A stretch of 44,087 nt of DNA, taken from assembly GCA_031412015.1 (NCBI GenBank), contig JANOCH010000251.1, positions 1 to 44,087 of the forward strand. The letters run 5' to 3'. The position numbers were made by a program, and so were the translations under genes. Shown here in pieces: positions 10,234-19,747 of the stretch (positions within the stretch are counted from its first letter, which is position 1; every line of letters starts with the position of its first letter). Below the pieces are notes generated by a model. The model was not told where the DNA came from, made no database searches, and was given only the letters and a program-made list of their open reading frames with translations. Source of the DNA: Chitinophagaceae bacterium (GTDB taxonomy: Bacteria > Bacteroidota > Bacteroidia > Chitinophagales > Chitinophagaceae).

Positions 10234-10271
10234 AAAGACCCGTGAATGTTTATTTCACGGGTCTTTTTTTT
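10234..10271. terminator. Intrinsic terminator, probably bidirectional, between convergent genes
   Basis: AAAGACCCGTGAA-N7-TTCACGGGTCTTT followed by a T tract. Confidence 0.8.
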
Positions 10272-10303
10272 GCGAGCAATGGATTAGCTTAAGGTTTGTC
10301 AAC

Positions 10304-10783
10304 CTAATTTTTTCTAAAATCCCATGGTGCTATGGGATGATCCACACGCCATAAACCTTTCCTCAACCGGCGTGCCTGTTGTTCAGCTCCCGCATAAACA
10401 GAATCAGCCGAGTATTTTTTATAATGCCATGCATAACCGTTTTGTATCATCGCGAGGTTGATATTTGTACCATTACAATATACAGTAGCGATTATTCGCT
10501 TATTGCGATCACGACCCGTAATGAACAGTTTCACTTCCTTGTTGAAGATATAACCCGCCAGCGCATTTTTGGCGTTTTGATAGAATGCTTGTCTTCTCTC
10601 CGGGCAGTCAATGCCATTCATCCTGATACGCAGAGTGCTTTTTTCTTCTGTCAGCATATCAAACGTATCACCATCAACGATCTTGATCACCTTGCCGGTT
10701 TGTTCCTTATCGTAAACTGGTGATGTCTGGAAAGAACCGGGTTTATTGGATAAAAGCAAAAAGAAGAAAAGCATCAACTTCAT
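10304..10783 (-). CDS. Thermonuclease (SNase-like) family secreted nuclease
   Basis: VDGDT, IRMNGIDCPE, DRNKRIIA, AEQQARRLRKGLW and PWDFRK motifs; N-terminal hydrophobic segment. Confidence 0.9.
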   Translation of the reverse strand: MKLMLFFFLLLSNKPGSFQTSPVYDKEQTGKVIKIVDGDTFDMLTEEKSTLRIRMNGIDCPERRQAFYQNAKNALAGYIFNKEVKLFITGRDRNKRIIATVYCNGTNINLAMIQNGYAWHYKKYSADSVYAGAEQQARRLRKGLWRVDHPIAPWDFRKN

Positions 10784-10992
10784 CGGACAAATTTATTGTT
10801 ATAGCGATTGCAACAGAAATACAGCTTAATTCTCAAAAAAGATTGTAAGGAATGACTTTTATAGAAATGATAACTAAAAGTTGACGATTCAACGTAAAAC
10901 TGCTGAAGGAATTAAGCAACTTCGTTCTTACTTTTAATGATCCGGGCAAACTTGAATTAGTAATACTTGTAACTTCAATTAAACAACATGCA

Positions 10993-12237
10993 ATGACCCG
11001 CTTAACGTATATTCTTTGTTTATTTTTTTTAAACACCACTCTCTCCGCACAAAATAAAATAAGAAAGACGGTTTTTATTATTGCAGATGGCATACCCGCC
11101 GATGTGATGGAGAGATTGGATTTACCCAACTTTAAAAAGATCTCGAAGGAAGGCGGTTTCGCCAGGGCGCTGGTGGGAGGAGAAAAAGGAGCCTATTCGC
11201 AAACGCCGACCATATCCGCGGTTGGATACAATAGTGTTCTTACCGGCACTTGGGTCAACAAACACAATGTCTGGGATAATGATATAGCGGCGCCGAATTA
11301 TTATTATCCAACTATTTTCCGGCTATTAAAGGCACAGTCGCCGGAAAAGAAGATCGGCATTTTTTCCTCCTGGCAAGATAATCGTACCAAACTCGTCGGT
11401 GATGGTATGAAAGAAACTGGCTCCATTTATTTTGACTACAAATTTGATGGACTCGAACTGGATACGATCAACTACCCACAGGACGAAAAGCGGAACTTTA
11501 TGCATCGAATTGATGAAAGCGTAACTGATGAAGCAGCAAAGAGCATTCGCACAAATGGACCCGACCTGTCATGGGTGTACCTGGAATATACAGATGACAT
11601 GGGCCACATGTACGGAGATAGTCCTGAGTTTACTAAAGCAATTGATTATATGGATGGACAAATAGGCCGTATTTGGAACGCCATTGAATACCGTCAGAAA
11701 AACTTCTATGAGGATTGGCTGATCGTTGTAACTACTGATCATGGCCGTGACTCGGCTACTGGCAAACATCATGGCGGACAGTCAGCAAGAGAAAAAGCCG
11801 GATGGATACTTACCAATGCTAAAGAATTGAATGACCGGTTTACCAAACAACAAAGCTCGATTGTTGACATAATGCCCACCATTGCAAGATTTATGAAGAT
11901 CAATATTCCCCCGGATATTGCAAGAGAGGTGGACGGTGTCCCATTGATAGGAAGATTATCGCTGGTTGAACCATCCATCAATTTTACCAAACAGCAAATG
12001 ACGATCAATTGGAAAGCCGCCAATAAAAAAGAAAAGATCAGGATATGGATGGCGACAACCAATAAATTTAAGACAGGCGGCAAAGATGAATACCAATTAG
12101 TGAAAGAAGTTCCTGCCGCAACGCAGCAAACAATCATCGATCTGAAAGGTCTCCCTTCTTCGTTCTATAAGGTCTGTTTAGAAGGTGAGGCTAATTCAGT
12201 GAACCGCTGGATATTTATTGACAATAAGACAAATTAG
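10993..12237 (+). CDS. Alkaline phosphatase superfamily (type I phosphodiesterase/nucleotide pyrophosphatase) protein
   Basis: Signal peptide; metal-ligand motifs IIADG, TISAVGYNSVLTG, TDDMGH and TTDHG. Confidence 0.85.
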   Translation: MTRLTYILCLFFLNTTLSAQNKIRKTVFIIADGIPADVMERLDLPNFKKISKEGGFARALVGGEKGAYSQTPTISAVGYNSVLTGTWVNKHNVWDNDIAAPNYYYPTIFRLLKAQSPEKKIGIFSSWQDNRTKLVGDGMKETGSIYFDYKFDGLELDTINYPQDEKRNFMHRIDESVTDEAAKSIRTNGPDLSWVYLEYTDDMGHMYGDSPEFTKAIDYMDGQIGRIWNAIEYRQKNFYEDWLIVVTTDHGRDSATGKHHGGQSAREKAGWILTNAKELNDRFTKQQSSIVDIMPTIARFMKINIPPDIAREVDGVPLIGRLSLVEPSINFTKQQMTINWKAANKKEKIRIWMATTNKFKTGGKDEYQLVKEVPAATQQTIIDLKGLPSSFYKVCLEGEANSVNRWIFIDNKTN

Positions 12238-12255
12238 AGCCGCCCGGTTATTCAT

Positions 12256-12477
12256 TTACCGCGGCACACTATCTGTTATTTTATTGGGCATGCGCTCATA
12301 GGAGCTGGTATCGCCATGCTGAGCACTATCGTAAGCGCCGGTATTCCTGTTATTTAATTCCTTTTTTTCGCTGGTATTAAAGCTATCGGCATCAATAACT
12401 TCTTTATCACTATCGGCACTATTGTTACAGGCAGCCAAAAACAGTGTGGCTAATATTACCCAGGAGAACTTTTTCAT
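12256..12477 (-). CDS. Small hypothetical lipoprotein
   Basis: MKK start, hydrophobic core, LAAC lipobox, low-complexity D/S/N-rich tail. Confidence 0.7.
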   Translation of the reverse strand: MKKFSWVILATLFLAACNNSADSDKEVIDADSFNTSEKKELNNRNTGAYDSAQHGDTSSYERMPNKITDSVPR

Positions 12478-12654
12478 ATTGACTTTTTAGATGATCAAAG
12501 TGTTTAAGTAGATCATCCAATAATGCTGCCAGCCTGTTAACAGGATGCCTAAAATGATTTTCCGGGGAACTAATTCCAAATTGTAAAGCCTTTAAACGGC
12601 AAGATTTTGGAGCTGCCAAAACAAGTCGGCTTAACTTACAACAAATAATTCCGG

Positions 12655-13518
12655 ATGCTTTCGGCTTCAACTATTAAATTGCTCAGGCTTCCTTTCTCCA
12701 TTTTCCTGTCACCTCTTTATTTTTTTGCATTGGCGCAGGTTCCCAATATTCACTGGACACGGGCGATCCTTGTTTTTGTCATTCTGCATTTTCTTGTTTA
12801 CCCCGCCAGCAATGGTTACAATAGTTATATGGACAGGGACACCCAAAGTATCGGCGGGCTTGAAAAACCTCCTCCTCCGTCCAGGCAACTTTACCTGACT
12901 ACGATTGTAATGGATATAACCGCAATCCTGTTGGGCTTTATGGTAGATTCTGTATTTGGTTTGCTTATGCCACTTTATATCGGCGCTTCAAAGGCCTATA
13001 GTTATCGGGCGATAAGATTAAAACAATATCCTGTTATAGGCTATCTGACGGTTATTATATTCCAGGGGGCCTTTACTTTCTGGCTGGTATATTATGGAAG
13101 CAATGCTGAAAACACTCTTTCGGTTCCGTGGCAGGGGATGGTCATTTGTGCTTTACTCATCGGCGGATTTTATCCGTTGACCCAGATCTACCAGCATCAG
13201 CAGGACCTGGACGATGGCGTTGCCACCATCAGTTATAAGCTGGGATATAATGGCACTTTCATTTTTTGTGCAATTGTATACCTGCTCGCCTGGATATTCA
13301 TGGCACAATTCTTTATCAATAATAGGGAAGGAAGTAAATTGTTGTTAATAAGCATCTTTTTTCTCCCCGTTCTCGTTTATTTTACCAGGTGGTTTATAGC
13401 CGTCCGAAAAAATAACAATGCCGCCAATTTTAAGAATACCATGAAGATGAACTGGCTGGCTGCTTCATGTACCAACACCGCTTTTATCATTTTATTAATA
13501 TGGAAATCGCTTGAGTAA
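12655..13518 (+). CDS. UbiA-family prenyltransferase
   Basis: Multi-TM protein; first motif NGYNSYMDRD; second motif region TQIYQHQQDLDDG; YSYRAIRLK. Confidence 0.85.
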   Translation: MLSASTIKLLRLPFSIFLSPLYFFALAQVPNIHWTRAILVFVILHFLVYPASNGYNSYMDRDTQSIGGLEKPPPPSRQLYLTTIVMDITAILLGFMVDSVFGLLMPLYIGASKAYSYRAIRLKQYPVIGYLTVIIFQGAFTFWLVYYGSNAENTLSVPWQGMVICALLIGGFYPLTQIYQHQQDLDDGVATISYKLGYNGTFIFCAIVYLLAWIFMAQFFINNREGSKLLLISIFFLPVLVYFTRWFIAVRKNNNAANFKNTMKMNWLAASCTNTAFIILLIWKSLE

Positions 13519-14590
13519 AATAGTCGCCATAGGAACTGCCGTACCGGAGCATCAGCATAAACAAGAAAATATTCTTGACTTTATGCAGCGGGTTTACGCT
13601 TTAAATGAAGGAGATCTCAGGAAGCTGAGGTTTTTATACCGGCAGGGAGGCATCGAGACCCGTTATTCGGTTATACCTGATTATAGCCTGAATGCTGATG
13701 CCTGGAAGTTCTATTCACCAACAGAAAACCTCGAACCTTTTCCCGATTTGGAGCAAAGGATGCAATGGTATCAGCAACATGCCGCTCCACTTTCTTTGCA
13801 GGCAATCAATAAATGTGTAGAAAATTTTACCGGTAATATCACTCATCTCATTACGGTTAGCTGCACAGGCATGAGCGCCCCCGGCCTGGATCTCGAGTTA
13901 TTGGAATTATTAGAATTGCCAGCTACTACCTTCCGCACTTCGGTCAACTTCATGGGCTGCTATGCTGCTATTCATGCTTTAAAAATGGCGGATGCCTTTT
14001 GCAAGGCAGATAGCAAGGCCAATGTATTGATCGTTTGTACGGAACTGTGTACTCTTCATTTTCAAAAGGAACACACTATCGACAACATGACCAGTAGCAT
14101 GTTGTTTTCTGATGGAGCCGCTGCAGTTTTAGTAACAGGAAATAATGCATCAAAGGGGTTAAATATCGACCATTTTTATTCTATGGTGGCAGTAAAGGCC
14201 AAAAAGGATATGGCCTGGGAGCTGTCTTCCAAAGGTTTTCTGATGACCTTAAGCGGCTATATACCGGAACTGATCGAAGAAGATTTTAATAACCTTGTCA
14301 GCAATGCTGTGACGGCTGCTGGTGTAGACAAAGAAGATATTACACACTGGTGCGTACATCCTGGTGGAAAGAAAATACTGGAAGCCGTGCACAAAAGCCT
14401 GGGCTTTACGAACGGTCAATTAGAAAACTGCTATGAGGTGCTAAAGGAATACGGCAATATGTCATCACCGACCGTTTTATTTGTGCTGGAAAAGATAATG
14501 CAGCAATTAGAAAATAGGGCGCAGGGTAAAATCTTTGGAGCGGCCTTCGGTCCCGGTATTACAATGGAAACTTTTATTTTATCCGCATGA
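13511..14590 (+). CDS. Type III polyketide synthase (chalcone synthase-like)
   Basis: Catalytic Cys (MGCYAA), His (VHPGG) and Asn (YGNMSS); LFSDGAAA; AFGPG. TTG start overlaps the UbiA stop by 8 nt. Confidence 0.95.
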   Translation: MSKIVAIGTAVPEHQHKQENILDFMQRVYALNEGDLRKLRFLYRQGGIETRYSVIPDYSLNADAWKFYSPTENLEPFPDLEQRMQWYQQHAAPLSLQAINKCVENFTGNITHLITVSCTGMSAPGLDLELLELLELPATTFRTSVNFMGCYAAIHALKMADAFCKADSKANVLIVCTELCTLHFQKEHTIDNMTSSMLFSDGAAAVLVTGNNASKGLNIDHFYSMVAVKAKKDMAWELSSKGFLMTLSGYIPELIEEDFNNLVSNAVTAAGVDKEDITHWCVHPGGKKILEAVHKSLGFTNGQLENCYEVLKEYGNMSSPTVLFVLEKIMQQLENRAQGKIFGAAFGPGITMETFILSA

Positions 14591-15303
14591 TCGATCTTCG
14601 CCAGCGAAGCAATGTAAAAGAATTGATGGACGGAGATGATATTTCTTTTGAAGCAATGGCCCAAACTTTGAAAGAATTAGATATCATCAATACCCGGTTA
14701 GGCGGTCATGCTATTACGCTTAATGGTGTAAAACAATTGATCACACAAAATGAACCCGTCAGGGTTTGCGAAATAGGTTGTGGCGGTGGTGATAACCTTT
14801 TTGCTATTTATAAATATTGCCTGCGAAATAATATACCTGTCGTATTTACCGGGATCGATTTGAATCCAGAATGTATTGCCTTTGCACAACAACAGTATCC
14901 GCAGGTACCTTGTGAATGGATCTGCAGTGACTATGCAGCTGTCAGGTTTGGAGACACGCGGCCGGATATTATTTTTTCATCATTGTTTTGCCATCATTTT
15001 ACGAATGGGCAATTGATTCCTATGTTAAAATGGCTGAAAGAAAATAGTAAAAAAGGATTTTTTATCAATGACCTCCAGCGGCATTGGCTGGCTTACTACC
15101 TGATCAAATACATTACTAAATTTTTCAGCCGATCTTATCTTGTAAAAAATGACGCTTGTATTTCCGTTGCAAGAAGTTTTATTAAGCAAGACTGGAAGAA
15201 TCTGTTTCAACAGGCAGGAATAAACAATTATAGCATTAGCTGGCGATGGGCTTTTCGTTTCCTTGTAATTTTCAAAAAAGATCCTTCAGCGGGACAGGGA
15301 TGA
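14587..15303 (+). CDS. Class I SAM-dependent methyltransferase (T3PKS-associated type)
   Basis: ELMD, EIGCGGGD, SLFCHHF and NDLQR motifs; ATGA overlap with the PKS stop. Confidence 0.88.
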   Translation: MIDLRQRSNVKELMDGDDISFEAMAQTLKELDIINTRLGGHAITLNGVKQLITQNEPVRVCEIGCGGGDNLFAIYKYCLRNNIPVVFTGIDLNPECIAFAQQQYPQVPCEWICSDYAAVRFGDTRPDIIFSSLFCHHFTNGQLIPMLKWLKENSKKGFFINDLQRHWLAYYLIKYITKFFSRSYLVKNDACISVARSFIKQDWKNLFQQAGINNYSISWRWAFRFLVIFKKDPSAGQG

Positions 15304-16484
15304 CAGAAACAAAAAATATTCAACTGGTTGGTACCAAAGATTCTCCCAAAGAAGTTGGAGAATATGATGTTGCTATTGTTGGAGGAGGATTAGCCGGCCT
15401 GGCCTTATCTATTCAGTTGGCAAAGCAAGGGCATAAGATCATTTTATTGGAAAAAGAACATTATCCTTTTCATAAAGTATGCGGTGAGTATATCAGCCTG
15501 GAGTCATGGGACTTCCTGGTCAGTCTTGGTATCGATCTCAAGGCCATGAATCTGCCAATCATATCACGATTGCAGGTATCTTCCACCAAAGGCAAGCTCT
15601 TAGAGCAAAAATTACCATTGGGTGGTTTTGGTATCAGCCGGTTCTTATTAGATCATCGTTTGGTTCAAATTGCCCGGTCCGTTGGCGTTGCTGTCATGGA
15701 GAATACAAAAGTGAATGATATCATTTTTGATCAGTCGGGATTTAATATAGATACAGCGCAAAAAAAGTATACAAGCAAACTGGTTTGTGGAAGTTTTGGA
15801 AAGCGAAGTAATATAGATATCAAATGGAAAAGAAAATTTTCTATTGCAGGTAAAAATAAACTCAATAATTATATTGGAGTTAAGTATCACATTAAAACCA
15901 AATTTCCTGTTGATACAATAGCTCTTCACAATTTTGACAATGGGTATTGCGGTATTGTAAAAATCGAGGAGGATAAATATTGCCTTTGCTATTTAACAAC
16001 GGCCAGGAATCTTCAGAAAGCTAATGGTTCTGTAACTGAAATGGAGAAGACTATTTTGGCACAGAACCCACACCTGGAAAAAATATTTGCAGAAAGTGAG
16101 TTTTTGTATGAAGCCCCGCTTACTATTTCGCAGATCAGTTTTGATAAAAAGACACAGGTAGAAAATCATGTCTTAATGAGCGGTGACGCAGCCGGAATGA
16201 TCACTCCTTTGTGCGGTAATGGAATGAGCATGGCTTTACACGCAAGTAAGATCGCAGCTGATCAAATCAACTTGTTCTTGTCGGGCCGCATTTCAAGAAC
16301 CGAAATGGAAGGGCAGTATTGCCGGGAATGGAACCGGCAATTTTCTATGCGGTTAAAGATGGGGCGGTGTATACAAGGCTTATTCGGAAACAAACGGTTG
16401 ACCAATTCTTTTATCAGCCTGGTAAGACCCTTTCCGAGCATTATTAATTACCTGGTCCGGCGAACGCATGGGAAGCCATTTTAA
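15300..16484 (+). CDS. FAD-dependent oxidoreductase (geranylgeranyl reductase / flavin monooxygenase-like)
   Basis: IVGGGLAG, HKVCGEY and GDAAGMITPLCGNGMSMAL motifs. ATG 15300 forms an ATGA overlap with the methyltransferase stop and is preferred over 15246. Confidence 0.88.
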   Translation: MTETKNIQLVGTKDSPKEVGEYDVAIVGGGLAGLALSIQLAKQGHKIILLEKEHYPFHKVCGEYISLESWDFLVSLGIDLKAMNLPIISRLQVSSTKGKLLEQKLPLGGFGISRFLLDHRLVQIARSVGVAVMENTKVNDIIFDQSGFNIDTAQKKYTSKLVCGSFGKRSNIDIKWKRKFSIAGKNKLNNYIGVKYHIKTKFPVDTIALHNFDNGYCGIVKIEEDKYCLCYLTTARNLQKANGSVTEMEKTILAQNPHLEKIFAESEFLYEAPLTISQISFDKKTQVENHVLMSGDAAGMITPLCGNGMSMALHASKIAADQINLFLSGRISRTEMEGQYCREWNRQFSMRLKMGRCIQGLFGNKRLTNSFISLVRPFPSIINYLVRRTHGKPF

Positions 16485-17200
16485 AGGGAAGCCAATTTTT
16501 TCCGTTTCCATTTAACCGCAATGGCCGATCCTTCCGCCATCATGACCGAAGATGGTGCTCGCCCGGAAAGATGAGAGAACTGCTTTCCATACATTGCTTC
16601 AAAATCACAGTTAATATCGGCGCTGTTTATTTTATTGGTATTCCAACGGGGATGTTCGACTTTATACTCTTCGGTATAACTGTTGGATACTTTAGTGTAA
16701 CCGTAATAATGTTCAAAAATAAACTCTTCTATGCCGCCGGGTAACATGACTTCGTTTTCAGCAGCGGCATCTACTTTAATATGGTTCCAGTTATTTTTTA
16801 TTTTCCAATAGTAGTCAACTTTTTTTGATTTCGTGGTTATCCGCCAGTTATGGCTAGTGGGTATCGCGGTATACCGTTCTCTGTAGAGTTTGTTAGCCAG
16901 CCAGGCAACTGCTTTATACGGTACTGTTTCATTGATAAAAACTACCCCTCTCTTTATTATGTCGCCTTCCTTACGGATGACATAGAAACGCAGGTTCACT
17001 TCTTCAAAGGTTCCCAAACCTGGAATGGGTATACCGAATAGTTTTGATTTTATAAACATAAAACCTACAAGACTTACATAGGTTTTGCCATTATAATAAT
17101 CCAATTCGGTTCCAGCAGGTAACCAGGCTTGCAATATCGCCGGATCGATCTCATAGTTCACCATGATAAGGTTTTCCCAGCGAGCTGTTAAAAAATTCAT
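16481..17200 (-). CDS. YqjF/DUF2071 family protein
   Basis: FLTARWENL, YVSLVGF, FEEVNLRFYV, EHYYGY and YKVEHPRW motifs. Confidence 0.85.
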   Translation of the reverse strand: MNFLTARWENLIMVNYEIDPAILQAWLPAGTELDYYNGKTYVSLVGFMFIKSKLFGIPIPGLGTFEEVNLRFYVIRKEGDIIKRGVVFINETVPYKAVAWLANKLYRERYTAIPTSHNWRITTKSKKVDYYWKIKNNWNHIKVDAAAENEVMLPGGIEEFIFEHYYGYTKVSNSYTEEYKVEHPRWNTNKINSADINCDFEAMYGKQFSHLSGRAPSSVMMAEGSAIAVKWKRKKLASL

Positions 17201-17313
17201 TATTAAAAAAGGATTAATTAATTCAATATAACAAAGACGGGGGGCTAAAAGTTGTTAACGAGGCTAATGTTATTGCCTCTTTTCTTCCCGGTTATTTTCT
17301 TTAATTTTCAGGA

Positions 17314-19362
17314 ATGAAAAGATGGCTTTTATTCTCACTATGTATCGCTTGTCTTTCGTTACAGGCACAAATAAATCCCACTAATATTACTATTGCCCGT
17401 GACTCATTTGGCGTACCGCATATATTCGCACCCACCGATCCTGAGGTGGCTTACGGACTAGCATGGGCTCATGCCGAAGATGATTTCAACACTTTACAAT
17501 TGGTAGTGCTCTCAGGTCAGGCCAGGTTGGGAAAAGTATTGGGAAAAAAAGGAGCGGAAGCAGACTATGTAGTAAACCTTTTAAGATGCCGCCAAACAGT
17601 AGAAGAACAATGGGGTACACTTAGCCTTGATTTTGTTGAGCTGGTAAAAGGATATGTTGCCGGATTGAATGCCTATGCCAAAGCACATCCCGGCGCGGTT
17701 AAGTATAAAAAAGCATTTCCTTTTTCTGAAAAAGATTATATGACCGCCGTGATGTTTTCCGTCGCTATTTTTTGCGGCGTTGATAATGCTTTGCCGCAGA
17801 TATTAGGAGGAAAAATAGCTACTATTCCTGGATTCAACTCACAGGGATCAAATGCCTTTGCGTTTCATCCTTCTAAAACCACCACGGGTGAATCTTTCCT
17901 CGCTATCAATGCGCATCAGCCACTGGAGGGCCCCACGGCATTTTATGAAGCACATGTACAAAGTGAACAGGGATGGAATATGCTCGGTGGTCTCCTGGCA
18001 GGCGGTTGTGTTATTTTGCATGGCACCAATGAAAATCTTGGCTGGGCACATACCGTCAATTACCCGGATAAAATTGATGTCTTCCAGTTGCAGATGAATC
18101 CGGTTAATAATGATCAATACAAATTTGATGATCAATGGATCAACCTTGAAACAAAAAAGGCCAAACTAAAAGTAAAAGGCATACCGGTCAATATTGGCAA
18201 AAAAGTTTATTGGAGTAAATACGGCCCCACATTAAAAACAAAGAAAGGTGTTTTTGCTATGCGTATTCCTGCTATGATGGATATTAAGGCGATGGAACAA
18301 TGGTACCGGATGAATAAAGCCAGAAGCTTTACTGAGTTTTATAATGCCCTTAGCATGACAAGCCTGCCAATGTTCAACATTATGTATGCTGACCGGCAGG
18401 ATACCATTTTTTATATCAGCAATGCTAAACTGCCGGTTCGTAACCCCGATCCGCAATACAACTGGAAAAGTACTGTGCCCGGTAATGCATCGGCTACCTT
18501 ATGGACAACCTTTAAACCGATCAACGTATTACCTCAATACATCAATCCTGTTTCCGGTTATCTATTCAACACTAATCATTCACCCTTCTTAGCTACTGAA
18601 CCAAAGTATAACCTTAATGCTGAAAAGTTTGATACTAATGATGGATTTGAACGGTATCACAATAATCGCAGCCAAAGGGTTACAGAATTGGTTAAGGGCA
18701 TCGGTAAAATCGATTATGACATGTTCAAACGAATAAAGTTTGATCAGCAACTGCCACAACAATTAAAATATAACTATGGTATTGATAGCTTACTTAAGCT
18801 GAATGCCAATGATCACCCTGAGGTAAAACAGATTATTTCAACGCTGCAGCAATGGGACAGGAAAGCGACAATAGATAGTAAAGGCGCTGCGGTTTTCTTA
18901 TTGCTTTATTATTATGTGGCCACTAAATTAGCCGGTGTGGCTCCACGGCAACTAACCATTGCAGAAAGTATTGAAGCTTGCGGTCATATAAAAGAACACA
19001 TGATGAAAAATTTTGGAAGAACTGATCTCGTATTGGGTGATGTTCAGAAACTAGTACGAGGTGATGATGCGCGGCCAGCATGGGGTTTACCCGACGTGCT
19101 TACTGCTGCTTTTTCCGAATCGTATATAAATGGTCAGCGTAAAGTCAATTCCGGCGAGGCTTATATTTGCCTGGTCCGGTATCCAAAAATCGGATTGCCC
19201 ATCATTGAGTCGGTAAATACATTCGGAGCCTCCTCCAACCCCGGGTCCAAACATTATAAAGACCAGATGACGATGTTTCAGAATCAGCAAACAAAAAGAA
19301 TGACGCTTGACAAGCAGGAAGTATTGAAAAAGGCGGAAAAAATATATCACCCCAGGGAATGA
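17314..19362 (+). CDS. Penicillin acylase / acyl-homoserine-lactone acylase family Ntn hydrolase (peptidase S45)
   Basis: RDSFGVPHIF; YGLAWAHAED; GSNAFA with the N-terminal nucleophile Ser; NAHQP; WAHTVN; signal peptide. Confidence 0.9.
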   Translation: MKRWLLFSLCIACLSLQAQINPTNITIARDSFGVPHIFAPTDPEVAYGLAWAHAEDDFNTLQLVVLSGQARLGKVLGKKGAEADYVVNLLRCRQTVEEQWGTLSLDFVELVKGYVAGLNAYAKAHPGAVKYKKAFPFSEKDYMTAVMFSVAIFCGVDNALPQILGGKIATIPGFNSQGSNAFAFHPSKTTTGESFLAINAHQPLEGPTAFYEAHVQSEQGWNMLGGLLAGGCVILHGTNENLGWAHTVNYPDKIDVFQLQMNPVNNDQYKFDDQWINLETKKAKLKVKGIPVNIGKKVYWSKYGPTLKTKKGVFAMRIPAMMDIKAMEQWYRMNKARSFTEFYNALSMTSLPMFNIMYADRQDTIFYISNAKLPVRNPDPQYNWKSTVPGNASATLWTTFKPINVLPQYINPVSGYLFNTNHSPFLATEPKYNLNAEKFDTNDGFERYHNNRSQRVTELVKGIGKIDYDMFKRIKFDQQLPQQLKYNYGIDSLLKLNANDHPEVKQIISTLQQWDRKATIDSKGAAVFLLLYYYVATKLAGVAPRQLTIAESIEACGHIKEHMMKNFGRTDLVLGDVQKLVRGDDARPAWGLPDVLTAAFSESYINGQRKVNSGEAYICLVRYPKIGLPIIESVNTFGASSNPGSKHYKDQMTMFQNQQTKRMTLDKQEVLKKAEKIYHPRE

Positions 19363-19377
19363 AGGCGGGTTTGAAAT

Positions 19378-19671
19378 TTATATCTCTTCCATATTGATGA
19401 CCATGAACGTTTCTTTGGTAATGAGCTTGCAATTTTCAGCAAGTTCTTCGAGGGAGCAGCTGATCACCTGGATGCTTGCCGGCAGGCCGTTGATAGATTC
19501 CACCAGGTCAAACTGAAGAATGTTTTTATCGTCCAGGATCTTTTCCCCTTTTAGTTGACTAAAAATAGCAGTGGCAAATTCCCGCTTGTTGCCAAGAAAG
19601 AATTTGCCAAAGCATTCAAACCCATGACAGGTCTTTATATTTAATCTGATATTAAAGGTTGTTTGGCCCAT
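19378..19671 (-). CDS. Small hypothetical protein
   Basis: 97-aa ORF from ATG 19671, with a TAAGTTTG -7 element at 19693-19700 on the minus strand just upstream. Confidence 0.7.
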   Translation of the reverse strand: MGQTTFNIRLNIKTCHGFECFGKFFLGNKREFATAIFSQLKGEKILDDKNILQFDLVESINGLPASIQVISCSLEELAENCKLITKETFMVINMEEI

Positions 19672-19747
19672 AGAAGTGAACCTCCGGCAACCCAAACTTA
19701 CAAAATGGTTTTAGTAAGGAAGTGGAATAGCTAAGAGAATTTTGTTA

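Noticed and set aside
15275-15365. Short extensions at the methyltransferase C-terminus and oxidoreductase N-terminus as remnants of an inserted repeat
   Set aside because: Too degenerate, and I found no clear second copy in the window.
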